Below the pieces are notes generated by a model that was not told the origin of the DNA, searched no databases, and saw only the letters and a program-made list of their open reading frames with translations. DNA of 64,000 nt. It comes from Smithellaceae bacterium. GTDB taxonomy: Bacteria; Desulfobacterota; Syntrophia; Syntrophales; Smithellaceae. Shown in pieces: positions 18,390 to 29,500 of the stretch. Made by a program: the position numbers and the translations under genes. The number at the start of each line of letters is the position of its first letter. The stretch's first letter is position 1. Location: the NCBI GenBank assembly GCA_963667845.2, contig CAXXVL010000002.1, forward strand, positions 2,752,001-2,816,000, written 5' to 3'.

Positions 18390-20066
18390 TTACGCCACTT
18401 TATATTGTTTGATCTCATTCGTTTGCGGATTGATGATGTGCACGGCACAGGCCATACAAGGGTCGAACGAATGAATGGTCCGGATGATTTCCAGCGGCTG
18501 ATCAACCTTGGCCAGTTTCGTACCGATCAGGGACTCCTCATAGGGCCCCCGTAAACCGGCTTTATCACGCGGTGAGCAGTTCCAGGTGGAGGGGACCACG
18601 GCCTGATAATTAGCAATCACGCCGTTTTCAATTTTGATCCAGTGTCCCAGCGCACCGCGCGGCGGCTCAGTCATACCGCGGCCCTGAGCAGGCTTCTTGG
18701 GAACATCGCAGCGAGTCCACGTGCGGGTGTCGCCCTTCTTGATGTTGCCGATCAGTTCATTGACCCACTCTTCCATATGATCCGCGATGTATTTGGTTTC
18801 CAGAGCGCGGGCGGCGGTTCTGCCCAGCGTGGAGAACAAGACGGCGGCGGGGAGTCCCGTGGCTTTCAACGTGGAATCCACCAGTCCCTTAATCTCCTGG
18901 TGGCCTTGAGCGTAGCCCACGACCATGCGGGCAAGCGGTCCGACTTCATGCGGCAGGTTTTCGTAGCGCGGCGCCTTGCACCAGGAATATTTCTCATCGT
19001 CCTTCAGATTGCCGTTTTTATCATATCCCGTATATTCGGGATCGGTCGTTCCTTTGAACGGATGCTGAGGTTCTTTTGCCTGATACCAGGCATGGGTGGC
19101 TTCTTCCGTTATCTTTTCCTCATCGAGTTTCAGCGGCTTGCCCAGGTCTCTGTTCCGGACAACACCTCGCGGGAAAAGTGTTTTGTTCCAATCATCATCC
19201 AGCGGGAAACCGCCATAGGAGAGGTAATTCTTCACGCCGCCGCCGATGCCTTGTAAGCCTTCATCTTTGTAGTAGGTTGCGGCGAGGAGGACATCGGGCA
19301 GATAGGCGGTTTCGAGGAAATTCTTCATTTCTTTAAACCGGAATAAAAACTGTCCCAGGCGTTCGGCGTCGAATAAATCCATGCCGGAGGTGATGCCGCC
19401 GACGACCAGTGTCTGCGGATGGGGATTCTTTCCGCCGAGAATGGCCATCATCTGTGCGCCGATCTTAGAGATACCCAGCGCGTCGAGATAATGCGAAAGG
19501 ATAATCAAATTGGCTTCCGGCGGAAGCTTGTAGGAGGGATTCCCCCAGTAAGCATTGGCAAAGGGGCCCAGACGGCCCGACTTTACAAATTTCGTTATCC
19601 TTTCCTGAACGGCTTTATAGTGAGTGGCCGAGCAGTTATAGGGATTGGGGCTGTATGCTTTGGCCATGTCGACGGCTTTTTCGGGTTTGGCTGAAAGCGC
19701 GCTCACCACATCCACCCAGTCCAGGCCATGGAGATGATAAAAATGCATGATGTGATCGATCAGGTATTGGGATGCGCCGATCAGATTACGGCCGATCCGG
19801 GCATTGGGCGGTGGTTTTACGCCAAAAGCATCTTCGCAGGCCAGAATGCTGGCTTCGTAATGCACATACGTGCAAACTCCGCAGAAGCGTTGGGTCATCA
19901 ATCCGGCATCGCGCGGATCGCGTCCCTTCAGAATGGTTTCAATGCCGCGCCACAGCGTAATGCTGCTCCAGGCATCCCTGATGATGTTTTTTTCATCGAC
20001 TTCCACTTCAATTCTCAAATGTCCTTCAATCCTGGTGATCGGATCGACAATGATTCGTTTAGTCAT
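18390..20066 (-). CDS. hyaB: Group 1 periplasmic [NiFe]-hydrogenase large subunit (group 1b-like)
   Basis: DPITRIEGHL, L1 QRFCGVCTYVH, L2 SFDPCMACAVH (Cys, not Sec), cleavable C-terminal tail. Confidence 0.95.
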   Translation of the reverse strand: MTKRIIVDPITRIEGHLRIEVEVDEKNIIRDAWSSITLWRGIETILKGRDPRDAGLMTQRFCGVCTYVHYEASILACEDAFGVKPPPNARIGRNLIGASQYLIDHIMHFYHLHGLDWVDVVSALSAKPEKAVDMAKAYSPNPYNCSATHYKAVQERITKFVKSGRLGPFANAYWGNPSYKLPPEANLIILSHYLDALGISKIGAQMMAILGGKNPHPQTLVVGGITSGMDLFDAERLGQFLFRFKEMKNFLETAYLPDVLLAATYYKDEGLQGIGGGVKNYLSYGGFPLDDDWNKTLFPRGVVRNRDLGKPLKLDEEKITEEATHAWYQAKEPQHPFKGTTDPEYTGYDKNGNLKDDEKYSWCKAPRYENLPHEVGPLARMVVGYAQGHQEIKGLVDSTLKATGLPAAVLFSTLGRTAARALETKYIADHMEEWVNELIGNIKKGDTRTWTRCDVPKKPAQGRGMTEPPRGALGHWIKIENGVIANYQAVVPSTWNCSPRDKAGLRGPYEESLIGTKLAKVDQPLEIIRTIHSFDPCMACAVHIINPQTNEIKQYKVA

Positions 20067-21264
20067 GTTTTTCCTCCTCGGTCTTTATCCGGTCATCTTT
20101 TCTGTGTCGAATAGCGGTGGCCACGGCGTGCGCGGCGATGCCCGCTGCGGCAATACCGGTGAGCGCGATGCCGATATTATCGACGGTATTATCCCCACCG
20201 CCGTAAGTTTTTTCCGGCAGCGGTTTCTCGAGCGGCGCCATAGTGTCCCAGAATGCGGGTTCCGTGCAGCCGATGCAGCCGTGACCGGACATGATCGGCC
20301 AGGAGATGCTGTCGTTGAAACGGACTTTGCCGCAATTGGCGTATGTGTAAGGACCCTTGCATCCGACTTTATAAAGACACCAGCCTTTGAGTGCGCCGGA
20401 ATCGCCCCATTCTTCGACGAATTCGGAGGCATCATAATGCGGCCGTCTTTCACAGGTGTCATGGATGCGTTTCCCGTAAGCCCATACCGGTCTTCCCAGG
20501 GAATCGAGCGGCGGCAGGGAGCCGAACAAGAGGTAGTGTAAAATGGTTCCCGTAAAATTAACCGCGTTGGGGGGGCAGCCGGCGATATTCACAGTTGAAA
20601 TGCCGAGAGCTTTGCTGATGCCGACGGCATCCGTCGGATTGGGATTGGCGGCCTGGATGTTGCCAAAGCAGGCGCAGGCGCCGATACAGACAACGGCGGC
20701 TGCTTTGGAGGTGACTTCTTTGGCCATCTCAATGCCGGTCTTTCCCCTGGGCCCCAGCCGCAAATACTGGCCGTTGAGTCCGCGGGGCAGGGCGCCCTCA
20801 ATGACACAGATAAATTTGCCCGCGAAATCCTTCACGGCTTTCTCCAGACATTGCTCTGCCTGGTAACCGGAAGCGGCCATAAGAGTTTCATGATATTCGA
20901 GAGAGATGGTTTCGAGAAGAATGTCATCGACATTCGGATAGGAGGAGCGCAGGAATGCCTCCGAGCAACCGGTGCATTCGGCAAAATGCAGCCAGACGAC
21001 CGGCAGGCGGCTGAAGGTTTCCGCGGCTTTGGCGACCATCGGCCGGAAGATCGGAGGAAGCATCAGCGCTGCCGTCATTACCGATGTCCATTTGACAAAA
21101 TCCCTTCGGCTGATCCCTCTTTCCTTCAAGAGCTCGTGCAGATTTTCTTTTGGTTCAGGTAGACTCTTTTCGATCTGATCCATGTGCGTCTGGCAGTGTT
21201 TCATGAGATCTTTATACTGCTTGTCGATCGTCTTTTTGTATTCAAAATGATTTTCCCTTGCCAT
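20059..21264 (-). CDS. hyaA: Group 1 [NiFe]-hydrogenase small subunit, Tat-exported, C-terminal membrane anchor
   Basis: SRRDFVK Tat motif, ECTGCSE, GCPP, HDTCERR, GCKGP, GHGCIGC, TM tail; start set at ATG 21264. Confidence 0.94.
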   Translation of the reverse strand: MARENHFEYKKTIDKQYKDLMKHCQTHMDQIEKSLPEPKENLHELLKERGISRRDFVKWTSVMTAALMLPPIFRPMVAKAAETFSRLPVVWLHFAECTGCSEAFLRSSYPNVDDILLETISLEYHETLMAASGYQAEQCLEKAVKDFAGKFICVIEGALPRGLNGQYLRLGPRGKTGIEMAKEVTSKAAAVVCIGACACFGNIQAANPNPTDAVGISKALGISTVNIAGCPPNAVNFTGTILHYLLFGSLPPLDSLGRPVWAYGKRIHDTCERRPHYDASEFVEEWGDSGALKGWCLYKVGCKGPYTYANCGKVRFNDSISWPIMSGHGCIGCTEPAFWDTMAPLEKPLPEKTYGGGDNTVDNIGIALTGIAAAGIAAHAVATAIRHRKDDRIKTEEEKHD

Positions 21265-22000
21265 ATAACCCCCTTCAAAATTTTGAGGCTGCTTAACCAG
21301 TGAGCAGACCAATTCAAATCGAATATACGATAAATTCACATCGTGTTATGTCTTATATAGCATATGTTAATATTCCCATATACAATTGCATCCGGTCAGT
21401 CAAGCTGAATATAGAAAGAGTGCCGTAATCAGAAGGAACATTTTGATCTCTTTCAAGTACGCAATAATACATTGATATTGCCTGATTTGAAAATCCCAAT
21501 GCTCATTGTAATTTTAAACATTTTATATTGATTAGTGTTTAGACGGTAAAGAAATCAACGGTAATTTATTGTTAGACGATTAGTAGGGAAAACCTGACAT
21601 AACTTATTTAGACTTTTCGATTAATTTCATTCGGCCGTTTTTTTATGACGCTGAATATTTCTAACGAAGAATCATGGTTTCAATGATTTAATCCGCTCGC
21701 GCGAGACGGGCATTAATTCTCCGTACTTTCTGCAAAATAATGACGTTTATTGCATACCTCGACAGCTTGCTGCGAGATTGTTGATTCCGAGCGATCCGGA
21801 ATGACGAAGATCTGTATCCATTAATCCGCCGATTCACTGGCGTGGCGCCGGATATTGCAGGATTTTACGGAAGGTCCAGCTGCGCATCTACCGAAGAAAC
21901 AGGGGGCACAAAATCCATTGCAAAAAAGATATTGAGGAGCGAAGGGGTAACGTGAGCAGGGTAGAGTCCAATGAATTACTCACTGGTGGCTAAAACCTTT

Positions 22001-23254
22001 TTAATCGGCTTTTTTGCGTTTCATTGCATTGTCGAACGCCGCAAGTGCAGCCGGGAAAGGAGCAAGGCTCCGTCTGATCGCGCCCTGCAGAAAAGAGATA
22101 GCAATCCCGTAGTTTGTCACCGGGACGCCGGCTTCTGCGGCCCTGCGCAAACGGTTCATCATTTCCCGACGATTCAGCATACAGGCGCCGCAATGCAGGA
22201 TCAGTTTATAGTCCTTCAGATCCTGCGGATAGTCACGTCCGCACACTGTATCCATCTGCAGGTCGCCGCCCACATATTGCCTGAGCCAGCGCGGAATTTT
22301 GACCCGTCCGATGTCGTCTTCCAGTGCATGGTGGGTGCAGGCCTCGGCGATCAGGACCCGGTCGCCGGGTTGCAGGTTGTCGATGGCTGCCGCTCCCTGA
22401 GCCATGACGGCCAGGTCCGATTTTTGCCTGGCGAAAAGAATCGAGAAGGTGGTCACCGGAATCTCCGGCGGAACGTCGGCTGTAACTTTGAGGATGGCTT
22501 GGGAATCCGTTATGACAATGGCGGGCGGATTCTTGACATTGGCCAGCGTTGCGGCGAGTTCTCTTTCCTTGACGACAATTGCCGTCGCGTCGTTGTCGAG
22601 AATATCGCGGATGGTCTGCACCTGCGGCAGGATCAGCCGGCCTTTAGGCGCCTGTAAATCAATCGGTACCACGAGGACCGCCCAGCCGCCCGGCGGCAGC
22701 AAGTCGCCCACAAGTGATGGGGTTTGTACAAAATCCGCTGGCGCAACCTCCAGAAGCTGCTCTTTTAAGATTTCCAGGTAATGCTCACGCTGGCCGGGGT
22801 CGCTGCAGGACACGGCGAGAATCAATCCCCTGGCTTGCAGAAAATTCAGATGCTCGGGGGACGGTTTGCGTAAGTCAATTTTGTTGATGACGATCAGGAC
22901 CGGTAGCTTACGGTTCCCCGCTTCCGATAAGACGGCTTCTTCAAAATCCGTCCAGACATCCGCCTCCGTAACGAGGATGACGACGTCAGCACGGTCGAAG
23001 ACCTTGGCCGTCTTTTTCAGACGGGCGCCGGACAGCTCAGAGAGGTCGTCCAGCCCCGCCGTATCCAGGAACAATACAGGCCCCAGCGGCAAAAGCTCCA
23101 TCGCTTTTTCCACGACATCGGTTGTTGTTCCGGCGACAGGCGAGGTGATGGCGATGTCCTGCCCCAGCATTAAATTGAGCAGGCTGGACTTACCGACATT
23201 GGTGCGCCCCATGAGTGCGATGTGCAACCGGTTTCCCTTCGGCGTGTTATTCAT
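22001..23254 (-). CDS. hydF: [FeFe]-hydrogenase maturase GTPase HydF
   Basis: GRTNVGKSS, GTTTD, DTAG, NKID, APKGRLILPQVQ, EACTHH, HCGACM. Confidence 0.96.
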   Translation of the reverse strand: MNNTPKGNRLHIALMGRTNVGKSSLLNLMLGQDIAITSPVAGTTTDVVEKAMELLPLGPVLFLDTAGLDDLSELSGARLKKTAKVFDRADVVILVTEADVWTDFEEAVLSEAGNRKLPVLIVINKIDLRKPSPEHLNFLQARGLILAVSCSDPGQREHYLEILKEQLLEVAPADFVQTPSLVGDLLPPGGWAVLVVPIDLQAPKGRLILPQVQTIRDILDNDATAIVVKERELAATLANVKNPPAIVITDSQAILKVTADVPPEIPVTTFSILFARQKSDLAVMAQGAAAIDNLQPGDRVLIAEACTHHALEDDIGRVKIPRWLRQYVGGDLQMDTVCGRDYPQDLKDYKLILHCGACMLNRREMMNRLRRAAEAGVPVTNYGIAISFLQGAIRRSLAPFPAALAAFDNAMKRKKAD

Positions 23255-24636
23255 TATTTTTCATCCTTGTAGCCCAGAGCCGTTAACCGATAGGGAGCAA
23301 ATATTTTATCGATCAAGTCCTTCCCTAACTGTTTTTCGAGAAAATGCCTCATGTCTTTTTCAGCGCCCGAAGAAAATTCCGTGATGAGCCGTGTGGCTTC
23401 TTCATAGCCGATGACGGGCAGTAAAGCGGTGATAATCATGGGGCTGGCATTGAAATATTCTAAGCATTTTTCCCGGTTGGCTCTGATGCCCTGCACATGC
23501 GTGCTGAGAAGGTCGTCGATGTTGACGAGCAGATCAAGCGACTCCAGGAGAGCATGTCCCAAAAGCGGCAAAAATTCATTGATTTGCAGAGTGCCCCGGG
23601 CTGCTGCTTCGGTCACAATGCCGTCATTGGCAATAACCTTGATGCCCGTTTGAATGGCCGCCTCGGCGAGAACGGGATTGACTTTGCCGGGCATAATAGA
23701 AGACCCGGCCTGAAGTTCAGGCAGGCGGATTTCGGAAAGCAAGTTCATCAGACGCAGATCATTGGAAATCTTGATCAGATTAACGGCGTGCGCCTTGAGA
23801 ATGGCGGAAACCTCGACAAAGACGTCGGCGTTGGCGGTTTCTCCCAGCATGTTTTCGCCGCGCGCGAGCCCCAGACCCGTGACTTCCCGCAATTTCTCGA
23901 TAGCAAGAAAGATATAGTCTCTGGGTGCGGCAAGCCCCGTGCCCACTGCGGTGCCGCCTAAATTGACGACGCGCAGTCGCTCTTCGCATTTGAAGGTTCG
24001 CCACCGGTCACGGGCGATCGCTTCGGCAAAGGCGGAAAACTCGGCGCCCAGCGTGATCGGCACTGCCTCCTGTAATTCCGTCCGTCCCAGTTTGACGATA
24101 TCGGCAAATTCCTTTTCTTTTTCCTGAAAGGCGCCCTGCAGGCCGGCAACCGCCAAAGCCAGATCCCGGAGGCGGAAGACGGCCGCAACTCTGATTGCAG
24201 TGGGATAAACGTCGTTGGTCGATTGATGCAGATTGACATCTTCGAGCGGATGAATAAGAGAGTAATCGCCCTTTTGGCCGCCGCTAAGTTCAATAGCGCG
24301 GTTGGCGATCACTTCGTTCAGATTCATGTTGGTGGAGGTTCCCGCTCCGCCCTGCAGCGCGTCAACCGGAAACTGATCGGCCAGCCCTCCGTCGGATATT
24401 TCCTGGCAGGCCTGCCCGATGAGCAGCGATTTTTCCTGGGAAAGAAAGCCTGTTTGGGCATTGGCCAGGCAGCAGGCCTTTTTCACCCGGGCCAGCGCCC
24501 GGATGAGCAAGGGGTTCACCTTTTGAGCGCTGATGGGAAAGTTCTGGATGGCGCGCTGGGTGTGGATTCCCCAATGGGCGTCCTTAGGGACCGCCATTTC
24601 GCCTAATAAATCTTTTTCCATTCTTTGTTCGCGCAT
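23254..24636 (-). CDS. aspA: Aspartate ammonia-lyase/fumarase-family protein (hydF-linked)
   Basis: QGGAGTSTNMN, QSTNDVYPT, GRTELQEAVP, GSSIMPGKVNP signature; stop overlaps the hydF start. Confidence 0.85.
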   Translation of the reverse strand: MREQRMEKDLLGEMAVPKDAHWGIHTQRAIQNFPISAQKVNPLLIRALARVKKACCLANAQTGFLSQEKSLLIGQACQEISDGGLADQFPVDALQGGAGTSTNMNLNEVIANRAIELSGGQKGDYSLIHPLEDVNLHQSTNDVYPTAIRVAAVFRLRDLALAVAGLQGAFQEKEKEFADIVKLGRTELQEAVPITLGAEFSAFAEAIARDRWRTFKCEERLRVVNLGGTAVGTGLAAPRDYIFLAIEKLREVTGLGLARGENMLGETANADVFVEVSAILKAHAVNLIKISNDLRLMNLLSEIRLPELQAGSSIMPGKVNPVLAEAAIQTGIKVIANDGIVTEAAARGTLQINEFLPLLGHALLESLDLLVNIDDLLSTHVQGIRANREKCLEYFNASPMIITALLPVIGYEEATRLITEFSSGAEKDMRHFLEKQLGKDLIDKIFAPYRLTALGYKDEK

Positions 24637-24663
24637 GGTCTATTCTAATATAAAGAGAATGAT

Positions 24664-24700
24664 AAAAAAAGAGGTTTGTCCGCAGCGGACAAACCTCTTT
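24664..24700 (-). terminator. Intrinsic terminator after hndD
   Basis: AAAGAGGTTTGTCCGC-N-GCGGACAAACCTCTTT with a T-run on the minus strand. Confidence 0.85.
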
Positions 24701-24728
24701 CCCTGTTACTTAACTTGGGGAAAAGCTT

Positions 24729-26489
24729 CTATTCATCTTTTTTGTGCGGCAACTCCGTGCCTCTTTGCGTGTATTTCGTATGCAGGAGTTCGTGCGACTT
24801 GTGCCCCAGCGGTTCTTTGAGGAATTTGTCGTAGAGCTTCTTCACGGATTCATTTTCATGAGACTGACGCTTTTTCTGCACGTTGCCGTCATCGGCGTAA
24901 AGTGCCGCTGATCGTTTCAAACGAATATCATTGTTGGTGGGAATCGGCTCGCCGCCGCCGGCGATACAGCCGCCCGGGCAGCACATCACTTCGATGAAGG
25001 CATAATTGGCTTTGCCTTCGCGAATGCGGTCCATCAGCTTGCGGGCGTTGCCCAGACCGTGCGCAACAGCAATACTGACGTCTCCCAGAGCGCCGACCTT
25101 CACGGTGGCTTCTTTGACGCCTTCGAGGCCGCGGACAGGGGTAATATCCAGGCTGGGCAGGTTTTCGCCGGTGACCACGGCATAAACGGTACGCAGTGCT
25201 GCTTCCATGACGCCGCCGGTTGCTCCGAAGATGGTGCCGGCTCCCGTGTATTCGCCCATCGGCGCGTCGTAGTCTTCGTCGGGGATATTTTCAAAATCGA
25301 TGCCGCCTTCGTGGATCATACGGCCCAATTCCCGGGTCGTGAGGACATAATCCACGTCGCGATAGCCGCTGCTATTCATTTCGGGCCGCTGCGCTTCAAA
25401 CTTTTTGGCAGTGCAGGGCATGATGGACACCGAGACGATATCTTTCGGATCGATGCCCGCCGTTTGGGCATAGTAGGTTTTGGCCAGAGCGCCGAACATC
25501 TGCTGCGGGGATTTACAGGTGGACAGGTGCGGCAGCAGATCGGGATAGAAGTGTTCGCAGAATTTGATCCAGCCGGGGCTGCACGATGTGATCATCGGCA
25601 GTGTGCCGCCTTCTTTCACACGTTTGAGCAACTCGTTGCCTTCCTCGATGATGGTGAGATCGGCGGTGAAGTTGGTGTCAAAAACCTTGTCGAATCCCAG
25701 CCGGCGCAGAGCGGCAATCATCTTACCGGTAACGAGCGATCCCGGCGGCATGCCGAATTCCTCGCCGAGGGCCGCGCGAATGGCGGGCGCTTCCTGCACG
25801 ATAACGTGCTTCGTCGGATCGTTAAGCGCTTTCCACACGGCATCCACGTCATCTTTTTCGTAAAGCGCTCCCACCGGACAGGCCAGAATGCACTGTCCGC
25901 AGGCGACGCAATTGGATTCAATCAGCGGAAGATTGAAAGCCGGCGTCACCTTGACATCGCTTCCGCGGTGCGCCGGGGTTAGAACGCTAATGGTCTGAAT
26001 CTGTTCGCAAACCGTCACGCAGCGATGACATTCAATGCACTTGCGGCTGTCCCGAACAATGGACGGACTGGAACGGTCGATTAATTTTTCTTTATGGAAT
26101 TCGGAATAGGGGAACCGGACTTCTTTGAGGCCGACAAATTCGGCCACTTTCTGCAATTCACAACTGCCGTTCCGAACGCAGAAATTGCATTCCTGCGGGT
26201 GATTGGCCAGTAGCAGTTCCACAACCATTTTTCTGGCCTCGCGGACTTTTTCGGTATTGGTATGGACGACCATGCCTTCCATGACGGGAAAGACGCAGGC
26301 GGCAATCAGGCTGCGCTGCCCTTCCACTTCCGTCATGCAGACGCGGCACGCGCCGGGTGTATGGTGAATTTCCGGCCAGGCGCAAAGCGTCGGGATTTTA
26401 ATGCCGGCGCTTCGGGCGGCCTCCAGGATGGTTGCGCCTGCCGGCACTTCCACGGGCCGATTATCGATAGTCAATTTAACATTGGACAT
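24729..26489 (-). CDS. hndD: [FeFe]-hydrogenase catalytic subunit (HndD/HydA, group A3-like)
   Basis: 2Fe-2S, His-ligated 4Fe-4S and 2x4Fe-4S domains; H-cluster motifs TSCSPGW, MPCTAKKFE, EVMCCPGGC. Confidence 0.94.
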   Translation of the reverse strand: MSNVKLTIDNRPVEVPAGATILEAARSAGIKIPTLCAWPEIHHTPGACRVCMTEVEGQRSLIAACVFPVMEGMVVHTNTEKVREARKMVVELLLANHPQECNFCVRNGSCELQKVAEFVGLKEVRFPYSEFHKEKLIDRSSPSIVRDSRKCIECHRCVTVCEQIQTISVLTPAHRGSDVKVTPAFNLPLIESNCVACGQCILACPVGALYEKDDVDAVWKALNDPTKHVIVQEAPAIRAALGEEFGMPPGSLVTGKMIAALRRLGFDKVFDTNFTADLTIIEEGNELLKRVKEGGTLPMITSCSPGWIKFCEHFYPDLLPHLSTCKSPQQMFGALAKTYYAQTAGIDPKDIVSVSIMPCTAKKFEAQRPEMNSSGYRDVDYVLTTRELGRMIHEGGIDFENIPDEDYDAPMGEYTGAGTIFGATGGVMEAALRTVYAVVTGENLPSLDITPVRGLEGVKEATVKVGALGDVSIAVAHGLGNARKLMDRIREGKANYAFIEVMCCPGGCIAGGGEPIPTNNDIRLKRSAALYADDGNVQKKRQSHENESVKKLYDKFLKEPLGHKSHELLHTKYTQRGTELPHKKDE

Positions 26490-26520
26490 GAACTTTTTCT
26501 CCTAAAACGGTACAGATGTA

Positions 26521-29500
26521 TTAAACAGCAGCGTCGCAGCGCAGACAGCGGCAGGCTTCTTTCATGGCATCCTCCCGGCTGAAGCCCAGTTCCACTTCCG
26601 CAAAGCTCATCTTGCGGGTGGCATGGTGCATTTCGGGCATCACCATCTGAGGCGTTTCCTCGGATTCCTCATCAATCACCAGCGGAACGATGATCTCTTC
26701 CAGTGCCGGTTTGACGTACGCCGGTTCATGGTTGGCCACACGGATGGCAGCATCAATATCATCAGCAGCCTGATGGCCGGCGCCGACCGCCGCGATAACG
26801 GTGTCGGGTCCTGTTTGGGCGTCACCACCGGCGAAGTAACGGGGGTTCGTCGTACGGGACGTGTAGCCCTTACCGACGGTGTAGCAATCCCACTTGTTGA
26901 TGTCGACTCCGATCTTCTTATCGACAAAACTCATATCCGGCACCTGGCCGATGGCGGCCACGATGGCATCGACGGACAGCGTGAATTCGGAGCCGGCAAC
27001 GGGCACCGGTCTCTTACGACCGCTGTTGTCGAAATCACCCAGCGTCATGCGCTGACAGGTGATGGATGAAACCTTGCCTTTGGCACCGTCGATCTTAAGC
27101 GGAGCGACGAGATATTCAATCTTGATGCCTTCTTCTTCGGCCGCTTTGATTTCCTCCTGGGCCGCGGGCATATCCTGTCTCAGACGACGATACAGGATCG
27201 TAACGTCGGAACCCAGTCTGAGCGCAACGCGGGCCGCGTCGATCGCCGAGTTACCGCCGCCGATCACAGCCACTTTCTTGCCCAGCGTCTTTTCGCCTTT
27301 GAGCCACTTGTCTTCGTTGTTATTGAAGTCACGCAGGAATTCAACGCCGCCAAAGACGTTAGCCAAATCTTCTCCCGTTACGCCCATCTTTGTGCTCTTA
27401 TGAGCGCCGGTGGCGAGATAGAAATAATCAAAGTCTTTTTCGATCTGATCAAACGAGATGTCCCGGCCGACACGGGTGTTGAGACGGATCTCGACGCCCA
27501 GGGCGGTGATATCGTCGATCTCGCCTTGCAGGATGGTGCGCGGCAGCCGGTAGGAAGGAATGCCCCAGTAGAGCATTCCGCCGGCTTTGTTCAGTTCTTC
27601 AAATACCGTTACCTTGTAACCGCGCAGAGCGAGATCGCGTGCGGCCGTGAGGCCCGCGGGACCACCGCCGATCACGGCGATTTTTTCCTTACGGGTGACC
27701 GGCACTGCCGCTGTCTTCGGACGCGATGCGTTGTCGGTGACAAAGCGCTTCAGGAATTTAATGGCCAGCGGCTCATCCATATTGCCGCGGCGGCATTTGG
27801 ACTGGCACTTGTGATCGCAGACGCGGCCGCAGACGGACGGGAACGGGTTGGTCTGCAGCAGAATCTTGTAAGCGTCTTCAAACCGGCCTTCACGAACCAG
27901 CGCGATGTAGGACGGAATGTCCATTTCAATCGGGCAGGTGTGCTGGCAGGGGGATTTGTACATTGCCGAGCAGACGGTCGCGCGGCAGCGATGTTCATAA
28001 ATATGCTCTTCGTATTCTTTTTTGAAGTAGCGCAGGGTGCTTAAAACAGGGTTGGGGGCCGTCTGGCCGAGACCGCACAGCGCAGCGTTCTTAATGACGC
28101 TGGCCATTTCTTCCAGCAGTTCGATATCGCCTGCTTTTCCCTTGCCTTTGGTGATGTCGGTCAGGATATCCAGCATGCGTTTCGTCCCTTCGCGGCAGGG
28201 TGTGCACTTGCCGCAGGATTCATCCTGGCAGAAGTCCATGAAGAACCTCGCCATGTCCACGGCGCACTTGTCTTCATTCATGACGATCAATCCGCCGGAG
28301 CCCATGATGGCGCCCAGCTCCGCGACTTTTTCGTAATCGACCGGGGCGTTCAAATGCTGCATAGGAATACAGCCGCCGGACGGTCCACCGAGTTGCGCCG
28401 CTTTGAATTTTTTGCCTTTGGGAATACCGCCTCCGATGTCAAAGACGATCGTTCCCAGCTTGGTGCCCATGGGAACTTCCACGAGACCCACGTTGTTCAC
28501 GTCGCCGGTGAGCGCGAAGACTTTTGTCCCCTTGCTCTTTTCCGTACCGACGGACGCATACCACTTGGCACCGCGCAGAATGATCTGGCCGACGTTGGCC
28601 AGCGTTTCGACGTTATTGAGGATGCTGGGTTTCTGCCAGAGACCCGCGACGGCCGGGAAGGGCGGACGGGGACGGGGCATGCCGCGCTTGCCTTCAATAG
28701 AGGTCATCAAAGCGGTCTCTTCGCCGCAGACAAAGGCGCCCGCACCCTGGTAAATTTCCAGATCAAAATCAAAACCGGTTCCCAAAATATCACTGCCCAG
28801 AAGACCGGCTTCCTTGGCCTGGGCGATGGCGACGTTGAGGCGATGGATGGCCAGCGGATATTCCGCGCGACAGTAGATGTAGCCATGTTGAGAGCCAATG
28901 GCTTTGGCGGCGATGACCATGCCTTCGAGAACGGCATGCGGATCGGCTTCCAGAACGCTGCGGTCCATGAACGCGCCGGGATCGCCTTCGTCGGCATTAC
29001 ATAACACGTATTTGACGTCGTCCTTGGAGCCGGCGGCAAATTTCCATTTGAGGCCGGTGGGGAATCCTGCACCGCCGCGGCCGCGCAGGCCGGAGTCCAG
29101 CATTTCCTGAACGATCTGTTCCGGCGTCATTTCGGTGAGCGCCTTGGCCATACCGGCATAGCCGTCACGAGCGATATATTCTTCGATCTTTTCAGGATCG
29201 ATCAATCCACGATTCTTTAAAACTCTCAGCTCCTGATGGGCAAAGAAAGGGATGTCCTGCATCGTGGGGATGATTTTGTCCGTGCCCGGTTCCCGGTAAA
29301 GCAGTCTTTCAACAACGCGGCCTTTGATGAGATGCTCTTCCACCAGTTCGGGCATGTCGGCCGGTTTGAGGTTAATATAAATGACGCCTTCCGGGTAAAC
29401 CACCATGATGGGACCCAGAGCGCAAAAACCATTGCAGCCGGTTTCGACGACCTTTATCTCTTCGGCCAGTTTTCTTTTGACGATTTCTTCCAGAAGGGCG

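Noticed and set aside
18430..18470. Selenocysteine ([NiFeSe]) hydrogenase
   Set aside because: L2 motif is DPCMAC with a Cys codon and no in-frame TGA.
21325..21370. Rex or NikR site upstream of hyaA
   Set aside because: Only half-sites (TTCACA, GTGTTA) without correctly spaced partners.
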